DNA of 64,000 nucleotides from a bacterium (GTDB taxonomy: Bacteria > Calditrichota > Calditrichia > RBG-13-44-9). The notes beneath the pieces are model-generated. The model did no database searches and had not been told where the DNA came from. It saw only the letters and a list, made by a program, of their open reading frames with translations. Positions within the stretch are counted from its first letter, which is position 1. The number at the start of each line of letters is the position of its first letter. This document shows positions 35,728 to 48,000 of this stretch, in pieces. The DNA lies in contig CP070707.1 in the NCBI GenBank assembly GCA_020350205.1, forward strand, positions 2,577,090 through 2,641,089. The letters are read 5' to 3'. The position numbers were made by a program, and so were the translations under genes.

Positions 35728-37647
35728 TTAATATTTCATAATGAAAGATAGCCGAAAATCTTGCGCCCGGTTACTTGGAATCTCGTTTAAACCTGAACTG
35801 ATGGATTGTTGGTCCGGATATAGACGCTGGCTGTATTTGAAATCAATTTGGAATCTGGTAAATTTGGCCCAGCGAATCAGAAGAAAATACTTGTACCCCC
35901 GTCCATTTAATAGCACCGATCGAAAATTTCCGGGTAAATCGTTTTCATACTCATAGATTCGTAAATCATATTCAGGAACCTCAAAGCTGGTCCATCGGAA
36001 AGTGAAATGCCACGACAAAAATGTCCAGTTGATTTGTTGAAAGAAAGAAATTCCGGTATTTCTTGCAAAAGATAAATAGTCTTTATCCCAATGCAATTCT
36101 AGCCTGGAATGCAATGAAAAGGACTTATCTTTAGGGAACCTGTAATCTGTCCGCAAGGCATGAATGCCACGCTCATTCGGTATTTGGTTGAATTCGCCTT
36201 CCCGGAATTTTAGCTTCCACTGAATGTAAATCCAATGCAGATCATTTTTAAAACTAATATCGAAAGCATAATCACGTAGCACGAAAGGATCACCATGACT
36301 ATCATATATTTTACGCCGGATGTAAAAGGAACTTCCCAGCTTTACCACCCGGTTCAAATGGAATAACAGGATACCTGCAGACCCGATTCCATTGCTGACA
36401 GGTGCTTGAAATGATCCGAAGGCACGGCTGGATGGGGCAAAATATTTTGGATGGTAATAAAAACCACTGATCTGGAATTGAGCTTTACCTTCAGAATAGG
36501 TAATATGATGTTGGATCGCAGGGAATTTTTCGGTGAAGAGTGCAAATTCACCGATGGATTTTAAACGACCTGCCTGGACCTGAACGGTTTGAGTGAAATA
36601 CCGCATGGGGGGTAAGATATCCCTGAACGAAGGCTGGAAATGAAAAATCACCAGCGCAGTTTGAGTGGAAAGCACTGCTGAACGGGAATGTATAGATATT
36701 CCCCACACGGTAGACGACACCTGGTCTATTTTACGTTTTTCATTCTCTGTCCGGTGAAGTCCGCTCTGATCAAGACTTAAAATGAATTGACGATCCGGGC
36801 TGAGGCTTCCATCCAGATTACGCCTGGAGAAAAAACAATCAAAATCAACCCGAGTTCCAAATGGGTATTCGAGACTTAAACCCCTCAGGAATCCACTCTC
36901 ATGGGTGGACTGGTTGCCGCGGGAATCGCCTGCTATGGTAAAACGTGAGAGAGGCGATTGCAGAGAGATGGGCTGGCCGTAAGGGCTCCAAAGTACCAAT
37001 CCCATACCCACCTTTCTATAATAATCCCCGACCAGCAGTGAAAACATCTGGGTCGGATGCTGATATTGCAAATACATACTGCCATAATCGAACATTTTTT
37101 CTTCTCCGGCATCTTTCTCCCAGGTAAACCCACCTTTCAGCTGGGGATTTACTATAAATAAAATCCGGTGCTGTATATATAGGGGGTGATGGTATTCGCC
37201 TGATATGTAACCTTTTCGATTCGGTTTCTCCAGCCGACTCTGGAAGCGATAGATGAGTCGGGGAGGATGTTCAGATTGTCTAACATGTAAAAAAGGTGTG
37301 ATGGCTTCAAAAATTTCTTCGGACATCCCCGGGACCATAAGAAGGTCTTTCAAGGAAGAGAATTGATGATGACGGGAACGGAAATTAATTATTTGCTCAG
37401 CTAAGTTGTGATCAAGAAATGGAATTTGTGTTAAATCTTTGACTTTGGCATTATTGAGATCGATGGGGTGCTGCATGAGTTCCCATAAATTTTCCATCCA
37501 ACTCTCGACTTCACGGCTGCCTTCCTCGTCGATATCGATAAACGAGTTAAGCAATTCCGGATTTTCCTGGGACCAAACCTGGCCTGTCTGGAAAATGAAA
37601 GAAAGATAAAAGGCAAGGATGAGCCCCGCGCACCTTTTGATGCACAT
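35728..37647 (-). CDS. Hypothetical exported protein with an N-terminal helix-hairpin-helix (ComEA-like) motif and a large beta-rich C-terminal region
   Basis: Signal peptide. HhH pattern (DLNNAKVKDLTQIPFLDHNLAEQIINFR). The rest is Tyr/Phe/Trp-rich beta-like sequence. Confidence 0.45.
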   Translation of the reverse strand: MCIKRCAGLILAFYLSFIFQTGQVWSQENPELLNSFIDIDEEGSREVESWMENLWELMQHPIDLNNAKVKDLTQIPFLDHNLAEQIINFRSRHHQFSSLKDLLMVPGMSEEIFEAITPFLHVRQSEHPPRLIYRFQSRLEKPNRKGYISGEYHHPLYIQHRILFIVNPQLKGGFTWEKDAGEEKMFDYGSMYLQYQHPTQMFSLLVGDYYRKVGMGLVLWSPYGQPISLQSPLSRFTIAGDSRGNQSTHESGFLRGLSLEYPFGTRVDFDCFFSRRNLDGSLSPDRQFILSLDQSGLHRTENEKRKIDQVSSTVWGISIHSRSAVLSTQTALVIFHFQPSFRDILPPMRYFTQTVQVQAGRLKSIGEFALFTEKFPAIQHHITYSEGKAQFQISGFYYHPKYFAPSSRAFGSFQAPVSNGIGSAGILLFHLNRVVKLGSSFYIRRKIYDSHGDPFVLRDYAFDISFKNDLHWIYIQWKLKFREGEFNQIPNERGIHALRTDYRFPKDKSFSLHSRLELHWDKDYLSFARNTGISFFQQINWTFLSWHFTFRWTSFEVPEYDLRIYEYENDLPGNFRSVLLNGRGYKYFLLIRWAKFTRFQIDFKYSQRLYPDQQSISSGLNEIPSNRAQDFRLSFIMKY

Positions 37648-37874
37648 CAGCCTTTTCCGAACAAATGTTAGATGAAAATCTGTGTCAACTCCGATTAGAA
37701 TATAGATAATTGAGACTTAACTGTCAAGTCAAAAGCTATTGTTGGAATAGTACTTTTGGAGCGAGATTTTTGGGCGATCAAAAATAAAATAAGTCAACCC
37801 GAGTGAAGAAGGGATTGTTGACTGAATATTAGTTCTCTATCGGTTTCAGTGATTATGAAAACACCCCGGGTAGA

Positions 37875-38522
37875 TCAGGTAGTTCTGGTCTGCTGATGGA
37901 AAAAATGGCAAAAATTCTTTATGGGACATTCTGAGCAGCGGGGATTTTGGGCCTTACAAATGAGCCGGCCATGCCAGATAAGCCAATGATGAGAAGCCGA
38001 CCAATCGTTTTGCGGAATATTTTTCATGAGTTGTTCCTCGGTTTTTTCAACCGTAGCCGCCCTTGCCAGACCGATTCGATTGGAAACCCGAAAAACATGG
38101 GTGTCAACAGCTATGGCATCATGATTGAATCCAACGCTTAAAACAACATTAGCTGTTTTTCTCCCGACTCCCGGAAGTTTAACCAATTCTACCCGGTCTG
38201 GCGGAACTTTTCCCTGATATCGTTCGACCAGAATTTTACAGGTGGCCAGTATGTTACGAGCCTTACTGCGATAGAGGCCGATCGATTTAATTTTTGATTC
38301 CAGATCCACCTGAGATAGCGTGATAAAGGACCGGGCATCTGGATATTTCCGGTAAAGTGATTGGGTTATCTTGTTAACCTGTTTATCGGTACTCTGTGCC
38401 GATAGAATAGTTGAGATCAATAATTGAAAGGGGGTCTCGAAGGTGAGAGCTGTGGTGGAATCGCTGTACTCCTTGCGCAGGATGTTCAGTATACCCTTGA
38501 TATCCTTTTGAGTTAAGTTCAT
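37875..38522 (-). CDS. nth: Endonuclease III (DNA glycosylase/AP lyase, FeS HhH-GPD family)
   Basis: HhH-GPD motif LVKLPGVGRKTANVVL with catalytic Lys and Asp (AVDTHV), and the C-terminal 4Cys cluster C-x6-C-x2-C-x5-C. Confidence 0.9.
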   Translation of the reverse strand: MNLTQKDIKGILNILRKEYSDSTTALTFETPFQLLISTILSAQSTDKQVNKITQSLYRKYPDARSFITLSQVDLESKIKSIGLYRSKARNILATCKILVERYQGKVPPDRVELVKLPGVGRKTANVVLSVGFNHDAIAVDTHVFRVSNRIGLARAATVEKTEEQLMKNIPQNDWSASHHWLIWHGRLICKAQNPRCSECPIKNFCHFFHQQTRTT

Positions 38523-38525
38523 GGC

Positions 38526-39098
38526 TTAATGGGATTTCCTCTCGAGCCCTAACAAATTATTTGATATAAAATTTTTGAAAAAATGTTCCCGATTTTGATA
38601 GTTTAATTCCAGGAGCATAAGATCCTGACGATTTCGGATCAGGGAAATCCACCCACCTGCAGATTTAGCGATGGTTGCAATCACCGCCGGCATTCCACAT
38701 AATACCGTTTCAATAAATTTTTTAAATGTGTCCGAAAAACTTTCCATCTTGCCTATTTCATCAATTATCCAGATGTCGGGAGATTCTGAATGAGCCTCAA
38801 TGACTTGGATCACTTCATTTAGGTTGGAGAGTGAAACACCATACCGGCCGATTCGGTATTGGGAGCTATAATCAACATGGGCCAGAATTTTCTCGGTTCC
38901 CTGAAATGTGGCAATGCTGAAACCGATTCTGTGACCGGAACGCCGGATTTCCCGGGTGTAAAATCCGTTAACTTTGCAACACTGCCCATAATATTGTGCG
39001 AATTGCATGATCAGTGTCGTTTTGCCCGTTCCGGGATTTCCAGTGATGAGGAATTTATTGGTGCGTTTTTTAATTGAAGAATTCAATAAATTTGTCAC
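38526..39098 (-). CDS. THEP1-type nucleoside-triphosphatase (NTPase_1 family P-loop)
   Basis: Walker A GNPGTGKTT and Walker B IWIIDEIGKME. About 190 aa, typical of THEP1/NTPase_1. Confidence 0.65.
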   Translation of the reverse strand: MTNLLNSSIKKRTNKFLITGNPGTGKTTLIMQFAQYYGQCCKVNGFYTREIRRSGHRIGFSIATFQGTEKILAHVDYSSQYRIGRYGVSLSNLNEVIQVIEAHSESPDIWIIDEIGKMESFSDTFKKFIETVLCGMPAVIATIAKSAGGWISLIRNRQDLMLLELNYQNREHFFKNFISNNLLGLERKSH

Positions 39099-39114
39099 TT
39101 TAATTTAGCGTGAA

Positions 39115-41175
<2,061 letters not shown>

Positions 41176-41230
41176 TTAGGGTTACAATTTTTCTTTTTGA
41201 AAAGTATGAATAATTTATTAAAATTTAAAC

Positions 41231-41818
41231 ATGTTGCATAAAATTTTACTCATAATTTTTTTAATATTTATCGGATGTACCAATCCGTTTGACACACGTG
41301 ATCCACAATTACCAGAGACAAAAAATCCCATCCAACCGATCAGTAACTTGCAGACCAATCCTGATTCATTGCTCAGACAGTTGCAATATGCATTTCAGGA
41401 ACCAAACTGGAATTATTACGATGCCTTATTGGTTGATTTTTCCAGGTTTGGTATAAATTTTATTTTTGTCCCACAGCAGGATGCTGCCTTCAGGCTACAA
41501 AACTGGACGCGCCTGGATGAGGAAAATTATTTCCGCAAACTTATTAAAGATCGTAGCAAGGATGATCTGCTTTTGCAAATTTACAGTGTTGAGGGTCCGG
41601 TTCAAATCGGTGCGTCTCAGGATACATTACAGGTTCAATTTAAATATCAGATTGAACTCAATATGCTGGTCAATAAAGAGTACTATCAGGGTCAGAGCAT
41701 CTTTCGAATGTTCAGGTCTAACCAGTCCATCTGGTATATCTACTATTGGGAAGATATTCAGTTGAGTGCAGATAAGTCAGATAGTACCTGGTCGGTACTA
41801 AAAGCGACCTACCGTTAA
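41231..41818 (+). CDS. Hypothetical lipoprotein (paralog A)
   Basis: Lipobox LIFIGC followed by TNPFD. Shares QYAF..., FxxxP, W...G and a terminal YIYYWEDI with the next gene. Confidence 0.6.
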   Translation: MLHKILLIIFLIFIGCTNPFDTRDPQLPETKNPIQPISNLQTNPDSLLRQLQYAFQEPNWNYYDALLVDFSRFGINFIFVPQQDAAFRLQNWTRLDEENYFRKLIKDRSKDDLLLQIYSVEGPVQIGASQDTLQVQFKYQIELNMLVNKEYYQGQSIFRMFRSNQSIWYIYYWEDIQLSADKSDSTWSVLKATYR

Positions 41819-41819
41819 T

Positions 41820-42356
41820 ATGAAACAAATTCTCCCCATATTATGCATTTTTTTCTGTGCAGTTATCCTCGGCTGCAGGAATCCGTTTGCTCCCGCTTTA
41901 GCCGATGAAAACGCGAACTACTCTCGGTTGATAACCCAGCAAAGAACACCTGCTGAAGTATTACAGAATTTTCAATATGCTTATACCTTTAAGGACTCGC
42001 TCATTTACAGCGAGGTATTGGATAGCACTTTTTTGTATAAAAGCATTGATTACCGTGAACCACCGCCCACACCGATACAATGGGGTAGATCCACAGAACT
42101 TCGCACAGCAGGTGGGATGTTTCGTTATTTTCGGACGCTTGATGTAGTCTGGAATACTATTTCACCCGCGGATACACTCTCCCGGCCTGATACTACTGAT
42201 TTGGGGAGAGGATATCTCGTCAAACATTATGTCACATTTACCCTTACACTGGATGGGGGCAGGGATTTTCCTCCACTGAACGGGGAAGTTCTTTTTCAAT
42301 TTATTCAACGGGATAGAAGGTATTATATTTCTTTCTGGGAAGATTTAAAAATTTAA
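41820..42356 (+). CDS. Hypothetical lipoprotein (paralog B)
   Basis: Lipobox AVILGC followed by RNPFA. QYAY..., terminal YYISFWEDL. 1-bp gap from paralog A. Confidence 0.6.
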   Translation: MKQILPILCIFFCAVILGCRNPFAPALADENANYSRLITQQRTPAEVLQNFQYAYTFKDSLIYSEVLDSTFLYKSIDYREPPPTPIQWGRSTELRTAGGMFRYFRTLDVVWNTISPADTLSRPDTTDLGRGYLVKHYVTFTLTLDGGRDFPPLNGEVLFQFIQRDRRYYISFWEDLKI

Positions 42357-42371
42357 TCGGAGCTGTATGGA

Positions 42372-43100
42372 ATGAAAAGATTAAGTATTCTATTGGATGA
42401 TCTGGCCGTGATTCGATCGGCCCTTTCGGATGAGAAAATTGATCCGGTACGGTTTGGTGTCCTCTCTGAAACCGCGGGTGCAAATGGTCTGGTTTGTACG
42501 CTCATGGGGAAAGGAAAAGGTGTGGTCGAACGCGATTTAAAAATAATCAAAGCGATCAAACAATCCTATTTTAACCTTCGCATGCCTATTGATAATGAAG
42601 CCATGCGACTGGCCCTGGCCATACTGCCGGATATGGTTACTTTTGTTGATATTGCTGCAGGTGATTCCCGAAAAGTCGGGCCCATTGAACCCGGAATTCA
42701 TCAGAGTGAGATAGAATCGATGTTACCGAATCTTCAGGCAAACAATATTACAGTTTCAGTACTCCTGAAACCAGATATTGAATCTCTGAAGGCTATCAGT
42801 AAACTCTCGGTAGATTATGTTGAGATCGACGTCACCGAGTATACCGGAGCCAGCGATATAAATGATGAAATTGTAGCTCTTGACCGGATAAAATCTGCTG
42901 CACTGGCTGTCGGAAAATGGGGGATGGGGGTAAATTGTTCGGGAAATATTGGTTATGAAGATCTTGACGGACTCGCCCAGACTCCTAATTTGGAAGACAT
43001 TATTATCGGGACCTCCCTGATTCGGCGCGCTTTGTACGTTGGAATAGATCAGGCGGTGGGGGAGGCTTTACAACTGATGCGGCATCGCGAGATCGATTAA
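42372..43100 (+). CDS. pdxJ: Pyridoxine 5'-phosphate synthase
   Basis: About 242 aa TIM-barrel pattern. The C-terminal IIIGTSLIRRALYVGIDQAV matches the PdxJ family. The N-terminal region is diverged. Confidence 0.7.
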   Translation: MKRLSILLDDLAVIRSALSDEKIDPVRFGVLSETAGANGLVCTLMGKGKGVVERDLKIIKAIKQSYFNLRMPIDNEAMRLALAILPDMVTFVDIAAGDSRKVGPIEPGIHQSEIESMLPNLQANNITVSVLLKPDIESLKAISKLSVDYVEIDVTEYTGASDINDEIVALDRIKSAALAVGKWGMGVNCSGNIGYEDLDGLAQTPNLEDIIIGTSLIRRALYVGIDQAVGEALQLMRHREID

Positions 43101-43157
43101 AAGTATCCCAAACCTTACGCATATCATTGAGCTCTGTAGCAGGAGGATCACAGGATC

Positions 43158-44696
43158 ATGATCAAAATTGTCACATCCCAGGAAATGCGGCAGATGGATC
43201 GGTACACCATTGAAACTCTCGGTATTCCGGGGGTGGTGTTAATGGAGAATGCCGGGCGTGGTGTTTATCTGGTCATTGAAAAGCTTATTGAACAAGTTGA
43301 TGATCCCTGTGTGTATCTGTTTTGCGGCAAGGGGAATAACGGGGGGGATGGATTTGTGATTGCCCGTTACCTATGGGAAAAGGGTGTGGAGGTACATGTT
43401 TTTGTGGCAGGCGATGCCCGGGATTTGAAAGGGGATGCAAAAATTAATTTCGACGTAATCAGAAATTTGAAGCTTCCCATAAAATTTTTAAAACAAAAAG
43501 CGGATTTGAAGAAGATATCTTCTCACAAACCGCATCTCATTGTAGATGCTCTGCTGGGCACGGGAATAACCGGTGCAGTACATGGATTTATGATGGAGGT
43601 TATTTCTTTTATAAATCGGATGGATTGTGCTGTTGTTGCAGTTGATGTTCCCTCCGGACTTAATTCGGATCTGCCAGCTATAGAAAGTGAAACAATTCAG
43701 GCCGATATTACGGTTACCATGGCCCTTCCCAAAATTTGTCATGTGTTCTATCCCGCGAAAGAAAATGTAGGTGATCTTTATATTGCTGACATAGGGATTC
43801 CTCCTGAAGTTAAATCTTCCCCTGATGTCCGGATTCAGATGATAGAAAAAAGTGATATTTTTCTGCCGCACAGACCTGAAAATGCCCATAAATATAGCTG
43901 TGGTAAGGTTGCTGTTTTAGCCGGTTCTGCAGGTTATAGCGGTGCTGCCACATTGACATCAGAAGCGGCCATGCGGATGGGCGCAGGTCTGGTGATGCTG
44001 GGGATTCCCGAAGATTTGAATCCGATACTGGAAATGAAGCTTACCGAGGTTATTACCCGACCGTATGCGGGAAGTCAACTAAATAATGCCCAGGATCCTG
44101 TTATTCAGGAATTGTTGAATTGGTGCGATGTCCTGGCCATCGGCCCCGGTTTGGGGAGATCTTCAGCAACGCTTCAGGCGGTGATTCAGATTCTGCAAAA
44201 GATTCGAAAACCGGTCGTTATTGATGCGGACGCATTATTTGCATTGTCACATTATCCGGAGACGTTAAAGAAGCCCCGGCCAAACTGGGTTCTGACTCCC
44301 CATCATGGTGAGTTCCTCCGGCTTCTGGAGAATACGGTTAAAACCAAGTTTGAACAGCAATTCGTTTCTCTCTCCGGTCAATATGCACAGGATCATGGAC
44401 TGAATCTACTCCTGAAAGGCGCGCCTTCATTGGTCGCAGCACCGGATGGGCAGATTTATGTAAATCCTACTGGAAATTCCGGTCTGGCCAGCGGAGGTAC
44501 CGGTGATGTACTAACCGGATTTGTTGCTGCACTGCTGGCACAAGGGATGGAACCTGGTGCAGCTGCCATTACCGCCAACTATATTCATGGCAAATGTGCC
44601 GATGATTTAGTGATGGAAGGATCCGAGTACTCTCTTCTGGCCAGCGATTTATTTCTCAGCCTGGACCGGGTGCTGCATGACCATTTGACCACCTGA
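43158..44696 (+). CDS. nnr: Bifunctional NAD(P)H-hydrate repair enzyme Nnr (epimerase + ADP-dependent dehydratase, YjeF N/C)
   Basis: YjeF-N motif (LFCGKGNNGGDGFV) and YjeF-C kinase-like motifs (GSAGYSGAATL, GGTGDVLTG). Confidence 0.9.
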   Translation: MIKIVTSQEMRQMDRYTIETLGIPGVVLMENAGRGVYLVIEKLIEQVDDPCVYLFCGKGNNGGDGFVIARYLWEKGVEVHVFVAGDARDLKGDAKINFDVIRNLKLPIKFLKQKADLKKISSHKPHLIVDALLGTGITGAVHGFMMEVISFINRMDCAVVAVDVPSGLNSDLPAIESETIQADITVTMALPKICHVFYPAKENVGDLYIADIGIPPEVKSSPDVRIQMIEKSDIFLPHRPENAHKYSCGKVAVLAGSAGYSGAATLTSEAAMRMGAGLVMLGIPEDLNPILEMKLTEVITRPYAGSQLNNAQDPVIQELLNWCDVLAIGPGLGRSSATLQAVIQILQKIRKPVVIDADALFALSHYPETLKKPRPNWVLTPHHGEFLRLLENTVKTKFEQQFVSLSGQYAQDHGLNLLLKGAPSLVAAPDGQIYVNPTGNSGLASGGTGDVLTGFVAALLAQGMEPGAAAITANYIHGKCADDLVMEGSEYSLLASDLFLSLDRVLHDHLTT

Positions 44697-45010
44697 CCAG
44701 AATTAACACTCCTCTGTTTTTTTGTTCCCCTCCAGTCTAATGATTTATTGTTAAAAAACATTTGGATATTTTTTCAAGACTTCCCGTTTGTATCCGATGA
44801 TAAAGGCGGTCAGTTTACCATGTTTTAATATGATCTGGAGCCCTTCACACAGGCATAAAAATAAATTAGGGTTGCAATTTTATGACGAAAATTATAACAT
44901 GTAAACTCAAGGATGAAAATTTCATCCCTTTAACCCATTCCTCCAGACTTACTTTTGGTCTTTTTAGATAGATAGAGGTGTATTTTAATTAAAATGCTAG
45001 TGGAGGAAGT

Positions 45011-48000
45011 ATGAAAAAGTATGTGACTGTTGTAACAAGCTTACTTTTGTTGTTAGTTCTGAGTTTTTCCGGACTTCATTCGGAAGTGATTACGTATTCC
45101 AATAACTGGGGACGCACCGGAATAAACCTGGAAAACCAAAATGCAACAGGAGTTGAAGTTATCTTTTCTATTGAGCAATTTATCCTCGAGGAGCAACTAG
45201 TTAACGGAGAAATGCTTTCGGTATTGCAGGTTCCGGGAATATTTCTTCCCAATGACGAGGGCGCACCTAACCTGCCGGGTACCGGCAGATATATTGCTCT
45301 TCCGCAAGGAGCCCGGGCAACCTTTCAAATCACTGCCTATCGCACCGAAAAGTATGAAAATATTGAGATCGCACCGGCACCTCGCATCCCCTGGGAAACT
45401 GAGGATGGACCACTTTATTATGAAAAAAATACGGCTATTTACCAGCAGGATGACTTTTACCCTGAATCTGCCGTGAAACTATCTGAAAAGACCCAGATCA
45501 GAGGTGTCGATGCTGTTCTGTTGGGCGTGACACCCTTTCAGTATAATCCGGTAAGCAAAGAGCTTCTGATATATAAGGATCTCCGGATTAAAGTCAATTT
45601 TGAGGGGGGTAACGGCCACTTTGGCGAAGACCGCCTGCGCAGCCGCTGGTGGGATCCGCTGTTGCGGGATATTTTTGTGAATGAACAAATGCTCCCACAA
45701 ATGAACTATCAATATAATACTAATGAGTCCCGAGATCCCGGCTGTGAATATCTGGTGATATGTCCTGATGATCCGGTTTTTCTGTCCTGGGCAGATTCCA
45801 TCCGAGTTTTCCGAACCCGGCAGGGTATTTTGACCGATGTGATGACCACTACCGAGGTGGGTGGTAATACAACGACAGCCATAGAAAATTTTGTAAATTC
45901 TATCATGGATCCGGTAACGGGCTGGAATCCGGCGCCTGCTGCCATTTTGCTTTTAGGCGATTATGGAACCTCAGGAAATACAATCGTTTCCCCGATCTGG
46001 AACAGTTATTGTGTTTCGGACAATATCTATGCAGACGTCAATGGTAATAGCATGCCGGATGTGGTTTTCGCAAGGATGACTGCCCAGAACGCTACCCATC
46101 TGGAAACCATGATTACTAAATTCCTGGATTACGAACGAACTCCTCCTACCAATCCCAACTATTATAATAATCCGATCACCGCCCTGGGCTGGCAGACCGA
46201 ACGCTGGTTCCAGATTTGTTCTGAAGTGGTAGGCGGTTTCTGGAATCAGGTGATGGGAAAAAGCACCGTTCGCGTCAATGAGATTTACAGTGGCACGCCT
46301 TCCACCACCTGGTCGACTGCTACAAACACTTCCACGGTACTGAATTTTTTTGGCCCCAACGGTTTGAATTACATACCGGCAACTCCCAATGTTCTGGGTG
46401 GCTGGAGCGGTGGAAATGCTACCGATATTAACAATGCCATTAATAGCGGGGCCTTTATGCTGCAACATCGCGATCATGGATATGAACAGGGATGGGGAGA
46501 ACCTGCGTACAGCTCCAGTCATATTAATGGTTTGACCAATACCGATCTGGTATTTGTGTTTTCTATCAATTGTCTTACCGGAAAATACAATTTGGGCAGT
46601 GAATGTTTCGCTGAAAAGTTTCACCGCTATACCTATAATGGCCAAAATTCGGGGGCATTGGGTATCACAGCCGCTTCCGAAGTTTCCTATTCTTTTGTGA
46701 ATGATACATACGTATGGGGTCTTTTTGATAATTTGTGGCCCAATTTCATGCCCAGCTACGGAACCACACCCCCCTCCCGCGACGTACTGCCTGCTTTCGG
46801 AAATGCAGCCGGTAAATATTTTCTGCAACAATCCAGCTGGCCTTATAATACCAGTAATAAAGAAGTAACCTATAATTTATTTCATCATCACGGGGATGCA
46901 TTTACCACGGTCTATACCGAGATGCCTCAATCTTTAACGGTAAATCATAATGCAGTCCTGTTTGGCGGACAATCTTCGTTTACAGTCACCGCAGATCAGG
47001 GTGGATTGATTGCACTGACTGTTAATGATGAGATTATCGGGGTAGAGGTTGGTACCGGGATACCCGTTAACATTCAAATCCCGCCACAGGTCCCCGGAGA
47101 TCAAATGATGGTTACGGTAACCAAGCAAAACTACTACCGCTATGAGCAACCGGTTATGATCACTGCCGCTTCCGGACCTTATTTATACTGTATGAACGCG
47201 GTAACGGTTGATACGACAGGAAATTCCAACGGTATTCCGGAGTGTGGTGAAATTGTGGAACTCAAACTGAATCTGACCAATCTGGGTGTGGAAAATGCGA
47301 CCAATATCACAGCCACTATAAACTGTCCGGATACCATGATCTCCATCATGAACGGCGGTGTAACAAGTATATCGGTGGTAAATGTTGGAGATACATTGGT
47401 AGAAGGCAGCTTTGGCGTGCAAATTAACAGTCAGGCGCCCCACCTTCATCTCTGTCAGATTGATCTGCAGATGCAAGCGGACAGTGCCGGTGTACCGGCC
47501 GGATATCAATGGAATCAGGTTGTTCCCTTAGTTATCCGACAAGGTTCTCAAATTGAATTATCGGATCAGCAACTGAGTTTTCCGCAGACTTTTCTTAACT
47601 TTACTTCAACCCTCCCCCTGACTTTCCAGAATACGGGTGCGGATACACTCCTGATTTCGGATATTACTGCGGATCTTCCCCAGTATGATATATCCGTCTC
47701 GAGCCTGGTAATAAATCCGGGTGAATCGCAGCAGGTTGAAGTGTCTTTTACCCCCGATGATACTTTAATCTATAACGCCACTTTTACGGTTCTGAACAAT
47801 GACCCGGTAAATTATGAGACCAGCTTTACGGTTCTAGGTGAGGGGGTTAATGCACCGGATGTTCAAACAGTTCCGGAAGATACCTTTACTATTACTGTTG
47901 GTGTTACCGATAGTGTCACTCAGGATGTCACCATACAGAATGTCGGTTTGGGTGAACTGGTATTCAATGTTCAGATTGCTGGTTGGGATCCTGAAAACGG

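Noticed and set aside
45971-46831. 286-aa antisense ORF inside the C25 peptidase gene; similar antisense or alternate-frame ORFs at 2770..3216, 2475..2939, 4932..5234, 9220..9543, 47183..47509 and 58532..58858
   Set aside because: Each is fully embedded in a longer ORF with clear family motifs on the other strand or frame. Their low-complexity or Cys/Gly/Arg-rich composition is typical of out-of-frame translation, and they carry no start context or homology signal.
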